Position numbers and translations under genes: made by a program. A model generated the notes under the pieces. That model had not been told where the DNA came from, searched no databases, and saw only the letters and a list, made by a program, of their open reading frames with translations. A stretch of 45,288 nt of DNA from positions 1 through 45,288 of the forward strand of contig MGDP01000220.1 in assembly GCA_001790955.1 (NCBI GenBank). Reading direction: 5' to 3'. Source of the stretch: Candidatus Tectomicrobia bacterium RIFCSPLOWO2_12_FULL_69_37. Lineage in GTDB: Bacteria > UBA8248. Shown here one piece after another: positions 1-8,998 of this stretch; within the stretch, counting starts at the first letter, position 1, and the number at the start of each line of letters is the position of its first letter.

Positions 1-33
1 TTTTTTTACTCATGCGCTCATGGGGGTAGGCGG

Positions 34-1371
34 ATGCGGGTCCGATTCTGGGGAACGCGCGGCTCCATCGCCAAGCCCGGCCCCTCCACCCTCCGCTACG
101 GCGGGAACACCTCGTGCGTGGAGGTCGAGAGCGCGGACGGCACCCTCCTCGTCCTCGACTGCGGGACGGGCGTCCACGGCCTGGGCCAGCAGCTGGTGAC
201 CACCCGCAAGCCCCCCTTCAAGGGCCACCTCCTGGTCAGCCACTACCACTGGGACCACATCCAGGGCTTCCCCTTCTTCACCCCGCTCTTCATCCCCGGC
301 AACGAATGGCACATCTACGGCCCCGGCGGGATGGACCAGCAGCTCAAGACCATCCTCGCGGGGCAGATGACCTACAGCTACTTCCCCATCACGCTCGAGG
401 AGTTCGGCTCCTCGGTCCACTACCACAACCTGGGCGAGGGCTCCTTCGACATCGGGAACGTCCGCCTCACCACCCAGTACACCAACCACCCGGCCCTCAC
501 CCTCGCCTTCCGGATCGAGGCGGGCGGCGCCGTCTTCGTCTACGTCCCCGACCACGAGCCGAACTCCCTCTTCCCGCTCGACAGCAAGCCCGGTTCGCTC
601 CCCCTCCACGTCCAGGACCGCCGCCACGTGGAGTTCCTGAAGGGGGCGGACTTCCTCGTCCACGACGCCCAGTACACCCTCGCGGAGTATCCCGCGAAGG
701 TGAGCTGGGGGCACTCCCCCTACGAGAAGAGCGTGGAGTACGCCCTCGCGGGCGGGGCGAAGCGGCTCGCCTTCTTCCACCACGATCCCCTGCGCACCGA
801 CGAGGACGTCGAGCGCATCGTCCTCTCGGCGCGGGAGAGCGTGCGGAAGACCGGCCGCAAGCTCGACGTCATCGCCGCGGAGGAAGGACTCGAGATCGAG
901 ATCCCCGAGGGCCGGGCGAAGAAGCGCGCCGCCATCAAGGCCTCCTCCTCGGCCTGGCTCGGGGACGACGAGACGAAACCCTCGGGAACCATCCTGGTCG
1001 TGGACGACGACCCCCTCATGGTGCGGCTCGTGGAGAAGTCCCTGGAGGCGGAGAACGCCATGCGCCTCGTGACCGTCCACGACGGGGAGGCGGCGCTCAA
1101 GGCGGCGATGAAGGAGCGGCCCGCCCTCATCATCCTGGACTGGGGGCTCCCGAAGCTGGACGGGATCGAGGTGTGCCGGACCCTCCGCAAGGACAAGGAC
1201 TCTCTCTTCCGGAAAATCCCCATCCTGATGGTCACGGGCAAGCGGCTGGACGAGAAGGACATCCAGAAGTGCTTCGACGCGGGCGCCTCCGACTACCTCA
1301 CCAAGAAATTCTCCCCCACCCAGCTCCGCTCCCGGGTGCGGAGCTGGCTCCTGCGAAGCGCGGCCGGCTGA
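34..1371 (+). CDS. MBL-fold metallo-hydrolase with C-terminal response-regulator receiver (REC) domain
   Basis: N-terminus FWGTRGSI...GGNTSC, LDCGTG, HxHxDH motif (HYHWDH), GHS and FHHDP. C-terminal REC: ILVVDDD, IILD (phospho-acceptor), VTG, AGASDYLTK. Confidence 0.9.
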   Translation: MRVRFWGTRGSIAKPGPSTLRYGGNTSCVEVESADGTLLVLDCGTGVHGLGQQLVTTRKPPFKGHLLVSHYHWDHIQGFPFFTPLFIPGNEWHIYGPGGMDQQLKTILAGQMTYSYFPITLEEFGSSVHYHNLGEGSFDIGNVRLTTQYTNHPALTLAFRIEAGGAVFVYVPDHEPNSLFPLDSKPGSLPLHVQDRRHVEFLKGADFLVHDAQYTLAEYPAKVSWGHSPYEKSVEYALAGGAKRLAFFHHDPLRTDEDVERIVLSARESVRKTGRKLDVIAAEEGLEIEIPEGRAKKRAAIKASSSAWLGDDETKPSGTILVVDDDPLMVRLVEKSLEAENAMRLVTVHDGEAALKAAMKERPALIILDWGLPKLDGIEVCRTLRKDKDSLFRKIPILMVTGKRLDEKDIQKCFDAGASDYLTKKFSPTQLRSRVRSWLLRSAAG

Positions 1372-1415
1372 TAATCAGGGAAGAAACCACGGGGAAATTT
1401 CACGTCCAGCCCATT

Positions 1416-1470
1416 CCGTGGGGCGAGGCATGACTTCGGCGAGCTCAGTTGAGCCGCCTCGCCCCTGCGG
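1416..1470. repeat. REP-like palindrome interrupted by a 24-bp insert (1433-1456)
   Basis: ggggcgaggcatg[acttcggcgagctcagttgagccg]cctcgcccc; removing the insert restores a perfect 22-bp palindrome. Confidence 0.8.
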
Positions 1471-1542
1471 ATCGGCCGCGCCATCCGATAATCCATGAGA
1501 GCGGATCTGAACCCTGCCCCTGTGCATTGGCCTTGGATATCA

Positions 1543-1569
1543 TAGGGGCGTATTGCAATACGCCCCTAC
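1543..1569 (-). repeat. GTAG-type REP palindrome (uninterrupted)
   Basis: Perfect 26-bp palindrome taggggcgtattgcaatacgccccta (1543-1568) followed by c; reads GTAGGGGCG... on the minus strand. Lies between convergent genes. Confidence 0.8.
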
Positions 1570-1580
1570 GGGATCGAAGG

Positions 1581-2366
1581 TCATCGGGCCGGGGAATTCA
1601 CCCCCCCCTCCTCCGCCCGCCGGCAGAGGCCCTCGACGGTCCCGGTCAGGCGCCGGATGTCGCCGGGCGAGGAGAGGCGGTGGTCGCCCCCCTTCACGAG
1701 GGTGAGCTCCACGTCCGCCCCCTCCAGGCAGCCGCACAGGCGCAGGGCCACCTCCCAGGGCACGTCCGCGTCCGCCATCCCGTGGATGAGCCGCACCGGG
1801 CACCGCACCCCGATGGGGCCCCGCAGGAGAAGGTGAGCCCGCCCCTCCTCGATGAGGCGGCAGGTGATGGGGCAGGGCTCCGCCCCGTAGGCCGAGGGGC
1901 GGAGCAAGGAACCCTCCTCCATGAGCCTGCGGCGGCTCTCCTCCGTGAGCCGCCCCCAGATGAGCTCCTCAGTGAAGTCCGGCGCCGCCGCCACCCCCAC
2001 CAGCCCCCGCACCCGCGCCGGCCGGGCCAGGGCCGCGAGGAGCATGATCCAGCCCCCCATGCTGGATCCCACCAGCACCTGGGGGCCCTCCGCGGCCTCG
2101 TCCAGCACGCGCAGGGCGTCGGCGAGCCAGCCCCCGATCGTCCCCTCCTCGAAGCGCCCCGAGGACTCCCCGTGCCCCGAGTAGTCGAAGCGCACGAAGG
2201 CGCGCCCCACAGCCCGGCAGTGGGCGTCCAGGGCGGTGGCCTTGGTGCCCGTCATGTCGGAGCGGAAGCCGCCGAGGAAGAGGACCCCCGGCTTCCTCCC
2301 CCCGAGGCGCCGGCAGGCGAGGCGGCCCCCGCCCGGGGCGGCGAGGAAGCGGAGGGCCTCGCTCAC
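1581..2366 (-). CDS. alpha/beta hydrolase (ABHD10-like esterase)
   Basis: GGFRSDMTGTKA, RFDYSGHGES, nucleophile GSSMGG, HGMADADVP and GDHRLS (Ser-Asp-His triad). Confidence 0.9.
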   Translation of the reverse strand: MSEALRFLAAPGGGRLACRRLGGRKPGVLFLGGFRSDMTGTKATALDAHCRAVGRAFVRFDYSGHGESSGRFEEGTIGGWLADALRVLDEAAEGPQVLVGSSMGGWIMLLAALARPARVRGLVGVAAAPDFTEELIWGRLTEESRRRLMEEGSLLRPSAYGAEPCPITCRLIEEGRAHLLLRGPIGVRCPVRLIHGMADADVPWEVALRLCGCLEGADVELTLVKGGDHRLSSPGDIRRLTGTVEGLCRRAEEGGVNSPAR

Positions 2367-2920
2367 GGCGCCGGGAGGGCCTGCCGCCCCTGGACGGCGG
2401 CCAGGAGCGCCCGGGCCACGCGGCGGATGCCCGCCTCGGCCTCGGGCTCGAGGCAGCGGCCGTCCTCGCCGAACTTCTTGTGGACGCTGCCGACCGAGGT
2501 CTCCTCGGGGATCACCTTGCCCCCGATGTGGGTGAGGATGTGGCGCAGGTGGCCCAGGGCGTTGTCCGCGCCGGGGCCCATGGCGACGCCCAGGATGGCG
2601 ATGGTCTTCCCTTCCAGCGTGGAGGGGAAGCCCAGGTTGTCGATGGCGAGCTTGAGGGTGCTGCTGATGCTGCCGTGGTACTCGGGGGTGGCGATGAGGA
2701 TGCCGTCCGCGCCGAGCACCTTGTGGCGGAAGCGTTCCGGATCGGGGGAGTCCGAGGGCTCGCCCGGGAGAGGGAGCCGCAGCTCCCCCAGATGGACCCA
2801 GTCCACCCGCCCTCCCCCGGCCTTCAACTCCTCGACGGCGAGGCGGAGCGCCTTATCCGTGTTGTTGCCGGGCCGCCGGCTCCCGCCGATGGCCAGGATG
2901 ACCGGCCCCCCGCCCGCCAT
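2363..2920 (-). CDS. NADPH-dependent FMN reductase (flavodoxin-like)
   Basis: GGSRRPGNNT phosphate loop and ADGILIATPEYHGSISSTLKLAID signature; 4-bp overlap with the downstream hydrolase. Confidence 0.9.
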   Translation of the reverse strand: MAGGGPVILAIGGSRRPGNNTDKALRLAVEELKAGGGRVDWVHLGELRLPLPGEPSDSPDPERFRHKVLGADGILIATPEYHGSISSTLKLAIDNLGFPSTLEGKTIAILGVAMGPGADNALGHLRHILTHIGGKVIPEETSVGSVHKKFGEDGRCLEPEAEAGIRRVARALLAAVQGRQALPAP

Positions 2921-2971
2921 GCGCGCCTCCGTTCAAGGGTCCGGCCCAGATGAGCGGCGGGGCGGCCGAGG

Positions 2972-3556
2972 CTATTTCTCCTTGGTCAGGTACAGGTAGT
3001 AGGAGTGCTCGACCTGCCGCTCCACGAGGATGTTCAGGCGCTCCTGGCGGTGGCCGTCCAGGCGGACCCAGAGGGAGTGCTCGCCGTAGGAGAGCCCGTT
3101 GACCGCGATCTGGGGCTCGGCCTTCCCGTGGTAGCGGCTGTCGACGAACACCTCGGCGCCCGGCGGGAAGGTGCGGGCGTTCAGGCGGCCGAAGCCGTCC
3201 GCCGAGAACGGGATGCGGATCTCGGCCTGGCCGCGCTCCAGGTTGAACTCGACCACGTGGGGAACCCGGCCGGGCAGGGCGGCCCGGATGGTGTGCCAGC
3301 CGTAGGGAACCCCCCGGATCTCGACCGGCTTGGCGTCGAACGTCTCCCCGCGCGGCGTGCCGTCGAAGTCGATGACGGCGCCCTGGGGCTCGGAGAGGAT
3401 CTTGACCGCTCCCATCTCCCGGACGGCCTCCGGCTCCGGCCCCCTCCGGGAGGAGCACCCCCCCGCGGCGAGGGCCGCGAGAAGCGCGAGCCATACCCAA
3501 GGGGACGGGCGGGCCCGCCCGCCGCCCGCCGCTGCAACCCTTCGTGTCACCGGCAC
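2972..3556 (-). CDS. PEGA-domain lipoprotein (two PEGA repeats)
   Basis: Hydrophobic signal with lipobox-like LAAGGC; SEPQGAVIDFDG...GWHTIRA and TFPPGAEVFVDS...GEHSLWVRLDG. Start codon uncertain. Confidence 0.75.
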   Translation of the reverse strand: MPVTRRVAAAGGGRARPSPWVWLALLAALAAGGCSSRRGPEPEAVREMGAVKILSEPQGAVIDFDGTPRGETFDAKPVEIRGVPYGWHTIRAALPGRVPHVVEFNLERGQAEIRIPFSADGFGRLNARTFPPGAEVFVDSRYHGKAEPQIAVNGLSYGEHSLWVRLDGHRQERLNILVERQVEHSYYLYLTKEK

Positions 3557-3746
3557 ACCCCTCTCGCCACGGCCGGGCGACGCGCCCGGCGTCCTCTACT
3601 CTATCCTGTCCCCCCGCCGGGGGAAACCCTTTCCCCCCCCGCCGGCCCCCCTTGCCCCGCCGCCCCCGCTGGGGAATGATGCGCAGGAGGGGGCCGAACC
3701 CGCGCCGCACGACCCGAAACGCCATCGCAGAGAGGGAACGGGCCTT

Positions 3747-5441
3747 ATGAAAGGCTACCGCAAGGGGCTCACGAATTACGGCGACCCCGCCTTCAGCGCC
3801 TTCATCCGGGGAGCCTACGCCCGGGGCTTCGGCCTCACGGGGGAGGACCTCGACCGCCCCATCGTCGGGATCGCCCAGACCTGGAGCGAGCTCAACCCCT
3901 GCCACCGGAACCTTCGCGAGGTGGCCGACGCCGTCAAACGCGGGGTGACCCAGGCGGGCGGCCTCCCGCTCGAGTTCCCCACCATCTCGCTCGGGGAGGT
4001 CTACCTCTCCCCCACCGCCATGCTCTACCGCAACCTCCTCGCCATGGACACCGAGGAGATGGTGAGGGGCCAGCCGCTGGACGGCGTCGTCCTCCTCGGT
4101 GGCTGCGACAAGACGCTGCCCGCCCAGCTTATGGGGGCGGCGAGCGCCGGGGTCCCCGCCATCGCGGTGAGCTCGGGGCCCATGATCGGGGGCCGCTTCG
4201 AGGGCAAGCGCCTGGGCGCCTGCTCCGACTGCCGGGGCCTCTGGGCCGAGCACCGCGCGGGGGAGATCTCCGAGGCCCGCCTGGAGGAGCTCCAGGGCGA
4301 GCTCTTCCCCTCGGCGGGCCACTGCATGGTGATGGGGACGGCGAGCACCATGGCCTGCCTGACCGAGGCGCTGGGGATGATGCTGCCGGGCCTGGCGGCG
4401 GTGCCCGCCGTGAACTCCCGCCGCCTGCGGCTGGCCGAGGAGAGCGGGCGGCGGATCGTCCGGATGGTGGAGGAGAGCCTCACCCCCGCGAAGGTGATGA
4501 CGCGCGGGGCGTTCGAGAACGCCATCCGGGTGCTCATGGCGGTGGGGGGCTCGACGAACGCCGTCGTCCACCTCGCCGCCATCGCGGGGCGGCTGGGGGT
4601 GGAGCTCCCCCTCGCGCTCTTCGACGAGATCTCGCGCACCACCCCCCTCATCGGGAACATCCGCCCCTCGGGGAAGACCTACCTCATGGACGACCTCGCC
4701 GAGGCGGGCGGCATCCCGGTCGTGATGAAGGAGCTGGAGGCCCTCCTCCGCCGGGACGCCCTGACCGTCACCGGGAAGACGGTGGGCGAGAACCTGGCCG
4801 GCGTGACCCGCGCCCCCGCCTGGCAGGACGTCGTCCTCCCCCGGGAGAGGCCCCTCCAGCCCGAGGGCGGCCTCGCGATCCTGTGGGGGAGCCTCGCGCC
4901 GGAGGGCGCCGTCCTCAAGACTTCGGCGGCGAGCCCCCGCCTGATGGTCCACACGGGCAAGGCGGTGGTCTTCGCCTCCCAGGAGGACATGGTACGGCGG
5001 GTGGACGACCCGGACCTCCCGGCCACGGCGGAGAGCGTCTTCGTCCTCCAGAACGCGGGGCCGGTGGGGGGGCCGGGCTTCCCGGAGGCGGGCTTCCTCC
5101 CCATCCCCAAGAAGCTCCTCTCCCAGGGGGTGAGGGACATCGTGCGCGTGTCGGACGCCCGGATGAGCGGCACCGCGGGGGGGACCACGGTGCTCCACGT
5201 CTCTCCCGAGGCGGCGGTCGGCGGGCCCCTCGCCCTGGTCAGGGAGGGGGACCTCATCCGCCTCGACGCGCCCGGGCGGCGGCTCGACCTCCTCGTGCCG
5301 GAGGAGGAGCTGGCCCGCCGCCGGGCCGCCTGGCGCCCGCAGGCGCCCGCCTACGACCGCGGCTACGGCCGCCTGTTCCTGGAGCACGTCTTGCAGGCGC
5401 CCCAGGGCTGTGATTTCGACTTCTTGCAGAAGGCCCGCTGA
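3747..5441 (+). CDS. IlvD/Edd family dehydratase (probably sugar-acid/dihydroxy-acid dehydratase, [2Fe-2S])
   Basis: NPCH, GGCDKT, GHCMVMGTASTM, GGSTNAVVHL and DARMSGT motifs. ATG at 3747 after a gaggga RBS. Confidence 0.9.
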   Translation: MKGYRKGLTNYGDPAFSAFIRGAYARGFGLTGEDLDRPIVGIAQTWSELNPCHRNLREVADAVKRGVTQAGGLPLEFPTISLGEVYLSPTAMLYRNLLAMDTEEMVRGQPLDGVVLLGGCDKTLPAQLMGAASAGVPAIAVSSGPMIGGRFEGKRLGACSDCRGLWAEHRAGEISEARLEELQGELFPSAGHCMVMGTASTMACLTEALGMMLPGLAAVPAVNSRRLRLAEESGRRIVRMVEESLTPAKVMTRGAFENAIRVLMAVGGSTNAVVHLAAIAGRLGVELPLALFDEISRTTPLIGNIRPSGKTYLMDDLAEAGGIPVVMKELEALLRRDALTVTGKTVGENLAGVTRAPAWQDVVLPRERPLQPEGGLAILWGSLAPEGAVLKTSAASPRLMVHTGKAVVFASQEDMVRRVDDPDLPATAESVFVLQNAGPVGGPGFPEAGFLPIPKKLLSQGVRDIVRVSDARMSGTAGGTTVLHVSPEAAVGGPLALVREGDLIRLDAPGRRLDLLVPEEELARRRAAWRPQAPAYDRGYGRLFLEHVLQAPQGCDFDFLQKAR

Positions 5442-5460
5442 ACCTCAGGAGGGAATTCAG

Positions 5461-5955
5461 ATGGGAATCGAGGAACGGCTGTCGCGGCTCGAGCGCGAGA
5501 ACCGGACGCTGAAGCGCGGCTTCCTGGCCTTGGCCCTGGGGGCCGTGGCCCTGGTGCTCATGGGCCAGGCGGCGCCCCGCGCGCCGCAGCAACCGGCGCT
5601 CATCCCCCCGTTTCTCCGGATCAAGCGCCTGGAGATCATCGGGGACAACGGCGTGCCCGTGGTAATCCTGGGACAGCACAAGAGCTTCGGCCACGTCGCC
5701 GTGGCGAACCCCCTCGGCCGCGCCCTGGTCTCGCTGGGCACGACCCGCTCCGGCAAGGGCTTCGTCAGCACCTACGACGGGGGGGACACCCGGCTGGCGT
5801 CCATCGGCGCCTCGGCCCAGGGGGCGGGGGTGGTCACCACCTACAACGCCAAGGGGAAAAGCCAGATCCGGATCGGCGACAGCCCCAAGCGCGAGGGGGC
5901 CATCACCCTCTATAACCAGGAGGGCCGCGTCAAGACCCGGTGGCCCCAGGACTGA
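5461..5955 (+). CDS. hypothetical membrane-anchored protein with short coiled coil, TM helix and ~23-aa beta repeats
   Basis: RBS aggaggg before ATG 5461; IEERLSRLERENRTLK, then a hydrophobic segment, then repeated Gx(V/I)xxY(D/N)xxG units. Confidence 0.75.
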   Translation: MGIEERLSRLERENRTLKRGFLALALGAVALVLMGQAAPRAPQQPALIPPFLRIKRLEIIGDNGVPVVILGQHKSFGHVAVANPLGRALVSLGTTRSGKGFVSTYDGGDTRLASIGASAQGAGVVTTYNAKGKSQIRIGDSPKREGAITLYNQEGRVKTRWPQD

Positions 5956-5995
5956 CCATGCCCGCCGGCGGCCCGGCGCCAGGGGAGGGAGGCCC

Positions 5996-6703
5996 GTGTG
6001 CGGCCGCTACGCCCTGATCGAGCCGGCCCCATGGCTGCACGAGCTCCTGGGCAAGGACCCGGGGCTTGAACTGCGCCCCCGCTACAACATCGCCCCCGGC
6101 CAGGAAGTGGCCGCCATCCGCCTCCCCTCCACCGAGGCAAGCGGAGGGCTCGCCCTCCTGCGGTGGGGGCTCGTCCCCCGCTGGGCGAAAGCTCCTACCA
6201 TCGGCGCGGGCCTGATCAACGCCCGCGCGGACTCGGCGGCCGAGAAGCCCGCCTTCCGCGACGCCTTCCGGGCGCGGCGCTGCCTCATCCCCGCCGACGG
6301 CTTCTACGAGTGGGCCGTTCGGGGGAGCGTCCGGCAGCCTTACTTCATCCACCTGGAAGAGAACCGGCCCTTCTGCTTCGCGGGGCTGTGGGAGCGGTGG
6401 GCCGGGCCGGACGGGAGCGAGATCGCGAGCTGCGCCATCCTGACCACCGAGGCGAACCGCTTTCTCCGGAACATCCACCCGCGGATGCCGGTCATCCTCC
6501 CCCGCCTGGCCTTCGCCAGCTGGCTGGCCCCGGGGGAGCGGAACCCGGGCCTCCTCAAGGCGCTGCTCAGGCCCTTCCCCGGGGATGAGATGATCGCCCG
6601 GGCGGTGGGCAACCGGGTGAACCACCCCAGGAACGACGACCCCTCCTGCCTCGAGGCCAGGCCCCCCGCCTTCCAGGAGCTGCCCTTCCCGCCGCAGGGC
6701 TGA
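5996..6703 (+). CDS. SOS response-associated peptidase (SRAP/YedK/HMCES-like abasic-site protection protein)
   Basis: MCGRY N-terminus (Cys2), PRYNIAPGQ, WGLVP, INAR, RCLIPADGFYEW, IHPRMPVIL. Confidence 0.93.
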   Translation: MCGRYALIEPAPWLHELLGKDPGLELRPRYNIAPGQEVAAIRLPSTEASGGLALLRWGLVPRWAKAPTIGAGLINARADSAAEKPAFRDAFRARRCLIPADGFYEWAVRGSVRQPYFIHLEENRPFCFAGLWERWAGPDGSEIASCAILTTEANRFLRNIHPRMPVILPRLAFASWLAPGERNPGLLKALLRPFPGDEMIARAVGNRVNHPRNDDPSCLEARPPAFQELPFPPQG

Positions 6704-6753
6704 GGCGCGCCTCCCGCCCCGGCGCCCGGCGGGGCCGGCCCGCCGGAGCCGGA

Positions 6754-7947
6754 TCAGGAAACCGACGAATCCTCCGCCTGCTTCTCCACGGGATCATCCA
6801 CCCGCACGCGCTTCTTGGCGGTGGGGGCGTAGCCTCCCGACTTCATCTCGGCCGCCGTCCGAAGGATGACGTTCATGGAGTCGGGGACGCCGCCGGGGTA
6901 GGCTTCGTCCGGGCAGCGGCTGTCGCGCATGTAGACGCACGGCTTGCACTCGATGCAGCGGAGGATCTCGGCCCCCCGGCCGGCGAGGGCCTTGGCGGCG
7001 TAGTGGGGATCGGTGAGCATCCCCCGGGCGACCGCCACGAAATCGGCCCCCATATCCAGGTAGGCCTGGACCCGCTCCGGCCCGAAGGCGGCGCCGTTGG
7101 CGGCGAGGGGCGCCTTGACCGCCCGCCGGAGCCGGGCGAAGGCCGGATTGTAGAGACCGGGCACGACCGGCACCCCGACGCGCGCGTTGCGCGAGCAGTG
7201 GAGGATGTCCACCCCCGCCTCCAGCAGGGCGGGGGCGAGCGCGAGGGTGTCCTCTATGGTGAAGCCGCCCTCCCAGGGCTCCAGGAGCCCCAGGCGGTAG
7301 GAGATCGCCATCTCCCCGCCCGCCCCGCGGCGGACGGCCTCGGCCACTTCGAGGGGAAACCGCATCCGGTTGCGGAGGGCGCCGCCGTACTCATCGGTCC
7401 GCCGGTTCGAGGCGGGGGAGAAAAACTGCTGGCAGAGATACCAAGTGGCGCCGTGGATCTCCAGCATCGGCAGCCCGGCCGCCCGGGCCCGGCGCGCGGC
7501 CTCTCCGAAGGCCCGGACGGTCTCCTTCACCTCGCGGGCGGAGAGCTCGCGGGGCACTTCCTCCTCCGTGGGATGGGGGATGGGCGAGGGCCCGGCGCAG
7601 GGCATGCCCGTGATGGCCCTGAGGGCGGTGCGCCCGGCGTGAAAGAGCTGGAGGGCGAACGGGGCCCCCGCCGCCCGCACCGCCTCCCCCAACCCCCGGA
7701 GGCCGGGGACGAGCGAGTCTTCGTGAGCCCCCAGCTGGTTGGGGAAGCCTTTGCCCTCTTGGCTGACGTAGGCCGCCTCGGAGAAGCAGACCGCCGCCCC
7801 CCCGCGCGCCCGTTCGGCGTAGTGGGCGAGGGTCCAGGCGGAGGGGTTTCCGCCCTCCTCCGCCCGCGAGGTGGTCATGGCGGACATGAGGATGCGGTGC
7901 TTCAGCCGCAGCCCCCGCACCTCGATGGGATCGGTGAACCTGGCCAT
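6754..7947 (-). CDS. NADH:flavin oxidoreductase / Old Yellow Enzyme family with C-terminal Cys cluster
   Basis: YAERARGG, QLFHAGR, EIHGATWYL, FSPASNRRTDEYGG.LRNRMRF, VAVARG; CIECKPC-x7-C. Confidence 0.9.
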   Translation of the reverse strand: MARFTDPIEVRGLRLKHRILMSAMTTSRAEEGGNPSAWTLAHYAERARGGAAVCFSEAAYVSQEGKGFPNQLGAHEDSLVPGLRGLGEAVRAAGAPFALQLFHAGRTALRAITGMPCAGPSPIPHPTEEEVPRELSAREVKETVRAFGEAARRARAAGLPMLEIHGATWYLCQQFFSPASNRRTDEYGGALRNRMRFPLEVAEAVRRGAGGEMAISYRLGLLEPWEGGFTIEDTLALAPALLEAGVDILHCSRNARVGVPVVPGLYNPAFARLRRAVKAPLAANGAAFGPERVQAYLDMGADFVAVARGMLTDPHYAAKALAGRGAEILRCIECKPCVYMRDSRCPDEAYPGGVPDSMNVILRTAAEMKSGGYAPTAKKRVRVDDPVEKQAEDSSVS

Positions 7948-7989
7948 TCGGTACCCTCCTTCCCGGCCGAAGCCGCGGGGCCAGCCTCC

Positions 7990-8784
7990 TCAGTGCTTCC
8001 GCAGGAATTCGAGGATGTCCCGGAGAGACTCCTCGTAGCACTGGATCAGGAAGAAGTGGCTGGCCTCCCCGTAGACCTTGAGCTCGCAGCCGGGGATCCG
8101 GCGGGCGATTTCGCGGGAGGCTTCCGTCGAGCAGAGGACGTCCTGACCTCCCGCCATGACCAGGGTGGGGCACCCGACCTGGTGCAGCTGGTCCAGGGCG
8201 TCATGGGTGAGGCAGGCGTGGGTGGAGTGCACGTAGCCGCGGATGGGGCGGTCGGTGTTGGCCAGGCCGGCCTCGAAGGCGTCGAGCTGCGCCTGGTTCG
8301 CGTTGAAGTAGGCGGGGGGGAAAAAGAACAGGGACTGGTGCTTGGCCGCGGCGGCGTAGCCCTGGGCCTTCACCACCTCGTTGATGTTGTGGAGGATCTG
8401 GTGGCCGTAGCGGTCGAGCTTGCCGAAGGAGGCGGTGATGATCATGCTGCGCACCCGGTCCGGGTAGCCGAGGGCGATCTCCTGCGCGATGGCGCCCCCC
8501 ATCGAGCGACCGATGACGTGGGCGGGCTCGCGGATGCCGACGGCGTCCATGAGGCCCACGGTGTCGTCGGCGAAGCGCCTGGAGGTGTAGGGGTAGTCCG
8601 GGGCCGAGCTCCTCCCCGCCCCCCGGTTGTCGAAGGCGAGGACGCGGAACTCCTTCTTCATCACTTCCACCTGGGCCTTCCAGGCGCCGCAGTCCCCCGC
8701 CAGGCCGTGGATGAGCACCACCGGGACCCCCCGCCCGTGCTCTTCGTAGTAGAGTTCCACATCCCCGACCCGCGCTTTCGGCAT
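7990..8784 (-). CDS. alpha/beta hydrolase (enol-lactonase/RutD-like)
   Basis: LIHGL, FDNRGAGRS, GRSMGG, GGQD, ASH. Likely start MPKARVG at 8784 after gaggga; the ORF-track N-terminal extension is not supported. Confidence 0.88.
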   Translation of the reverse strand: MPKARVGDVELYYEEHGRGVPVVLIHGLAGDCGAWKAQVEVMKKEFRVLAFDNRGAGRSSAPDYPYTSRRFADDTVGLMDAVGIREPAHVIGRSMGGAIAQEIALGYPDRVRSMIITASFGKLDRYGHQILHNINEVVKAQGYAAAAKHQSLFFFPPAYFNANQAQLDAFEAGLANTDRPIRGYVHSTHACLTHDALDQLHQVGCPTLVMAGGQDVLCSTEASREIARRIPGCELKVYGEASHFFLIQCYEESLRDILEFLRKH

Positions 8785-8998
8785 GGTGAGCCCTCCCTCG
8801 CGGAAGATCCCGGCCCGCCGCCGGAGACGGCTGGAGAGGCGGGTCCGCGCCTTCACCCTTCTTTTGCCTTCCCGGATACGAGCGATGCTCCGACCATGCA
8901 CCCGCCGCCGCGCCGCGTCAATCGAAGGGGCGCGCCGCCTCCCGCCCGCCGCGCGCCGCGGAGGCCGCGGCGCCTCCGCCCACCGGGGCCCGCTTGCG

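Noticed and set aside
1-21. Possible start of a divergent minus-strand gene (ATG at 13 reading MSKK)
   Set aside because: Too little sequence at the window edge to support a call.
10-1080. 356-aa antisense ORF, and other long antisense ORFs (2853-5387, 24837-27590, 36078-38915)
   Set aside because: Each mirrors a motif-supported gene on the other strand; explained by codon bias.
1416-1569. Possible CRISPR array or tRNA suggested by the clustered palindromes
   Set aside because: No regularly spaced identical direct repeats with unique spacers, no cas genes and no cloverleaf or T-loop motif.
3600-3680. C-rich low-complexity tract with a short hairpin between the PEGA and dehydratase genes
   Set aside because: No recognisable riboswitch or repeat-family match; compatible with an ordinary GC-rich divergent promoter region.
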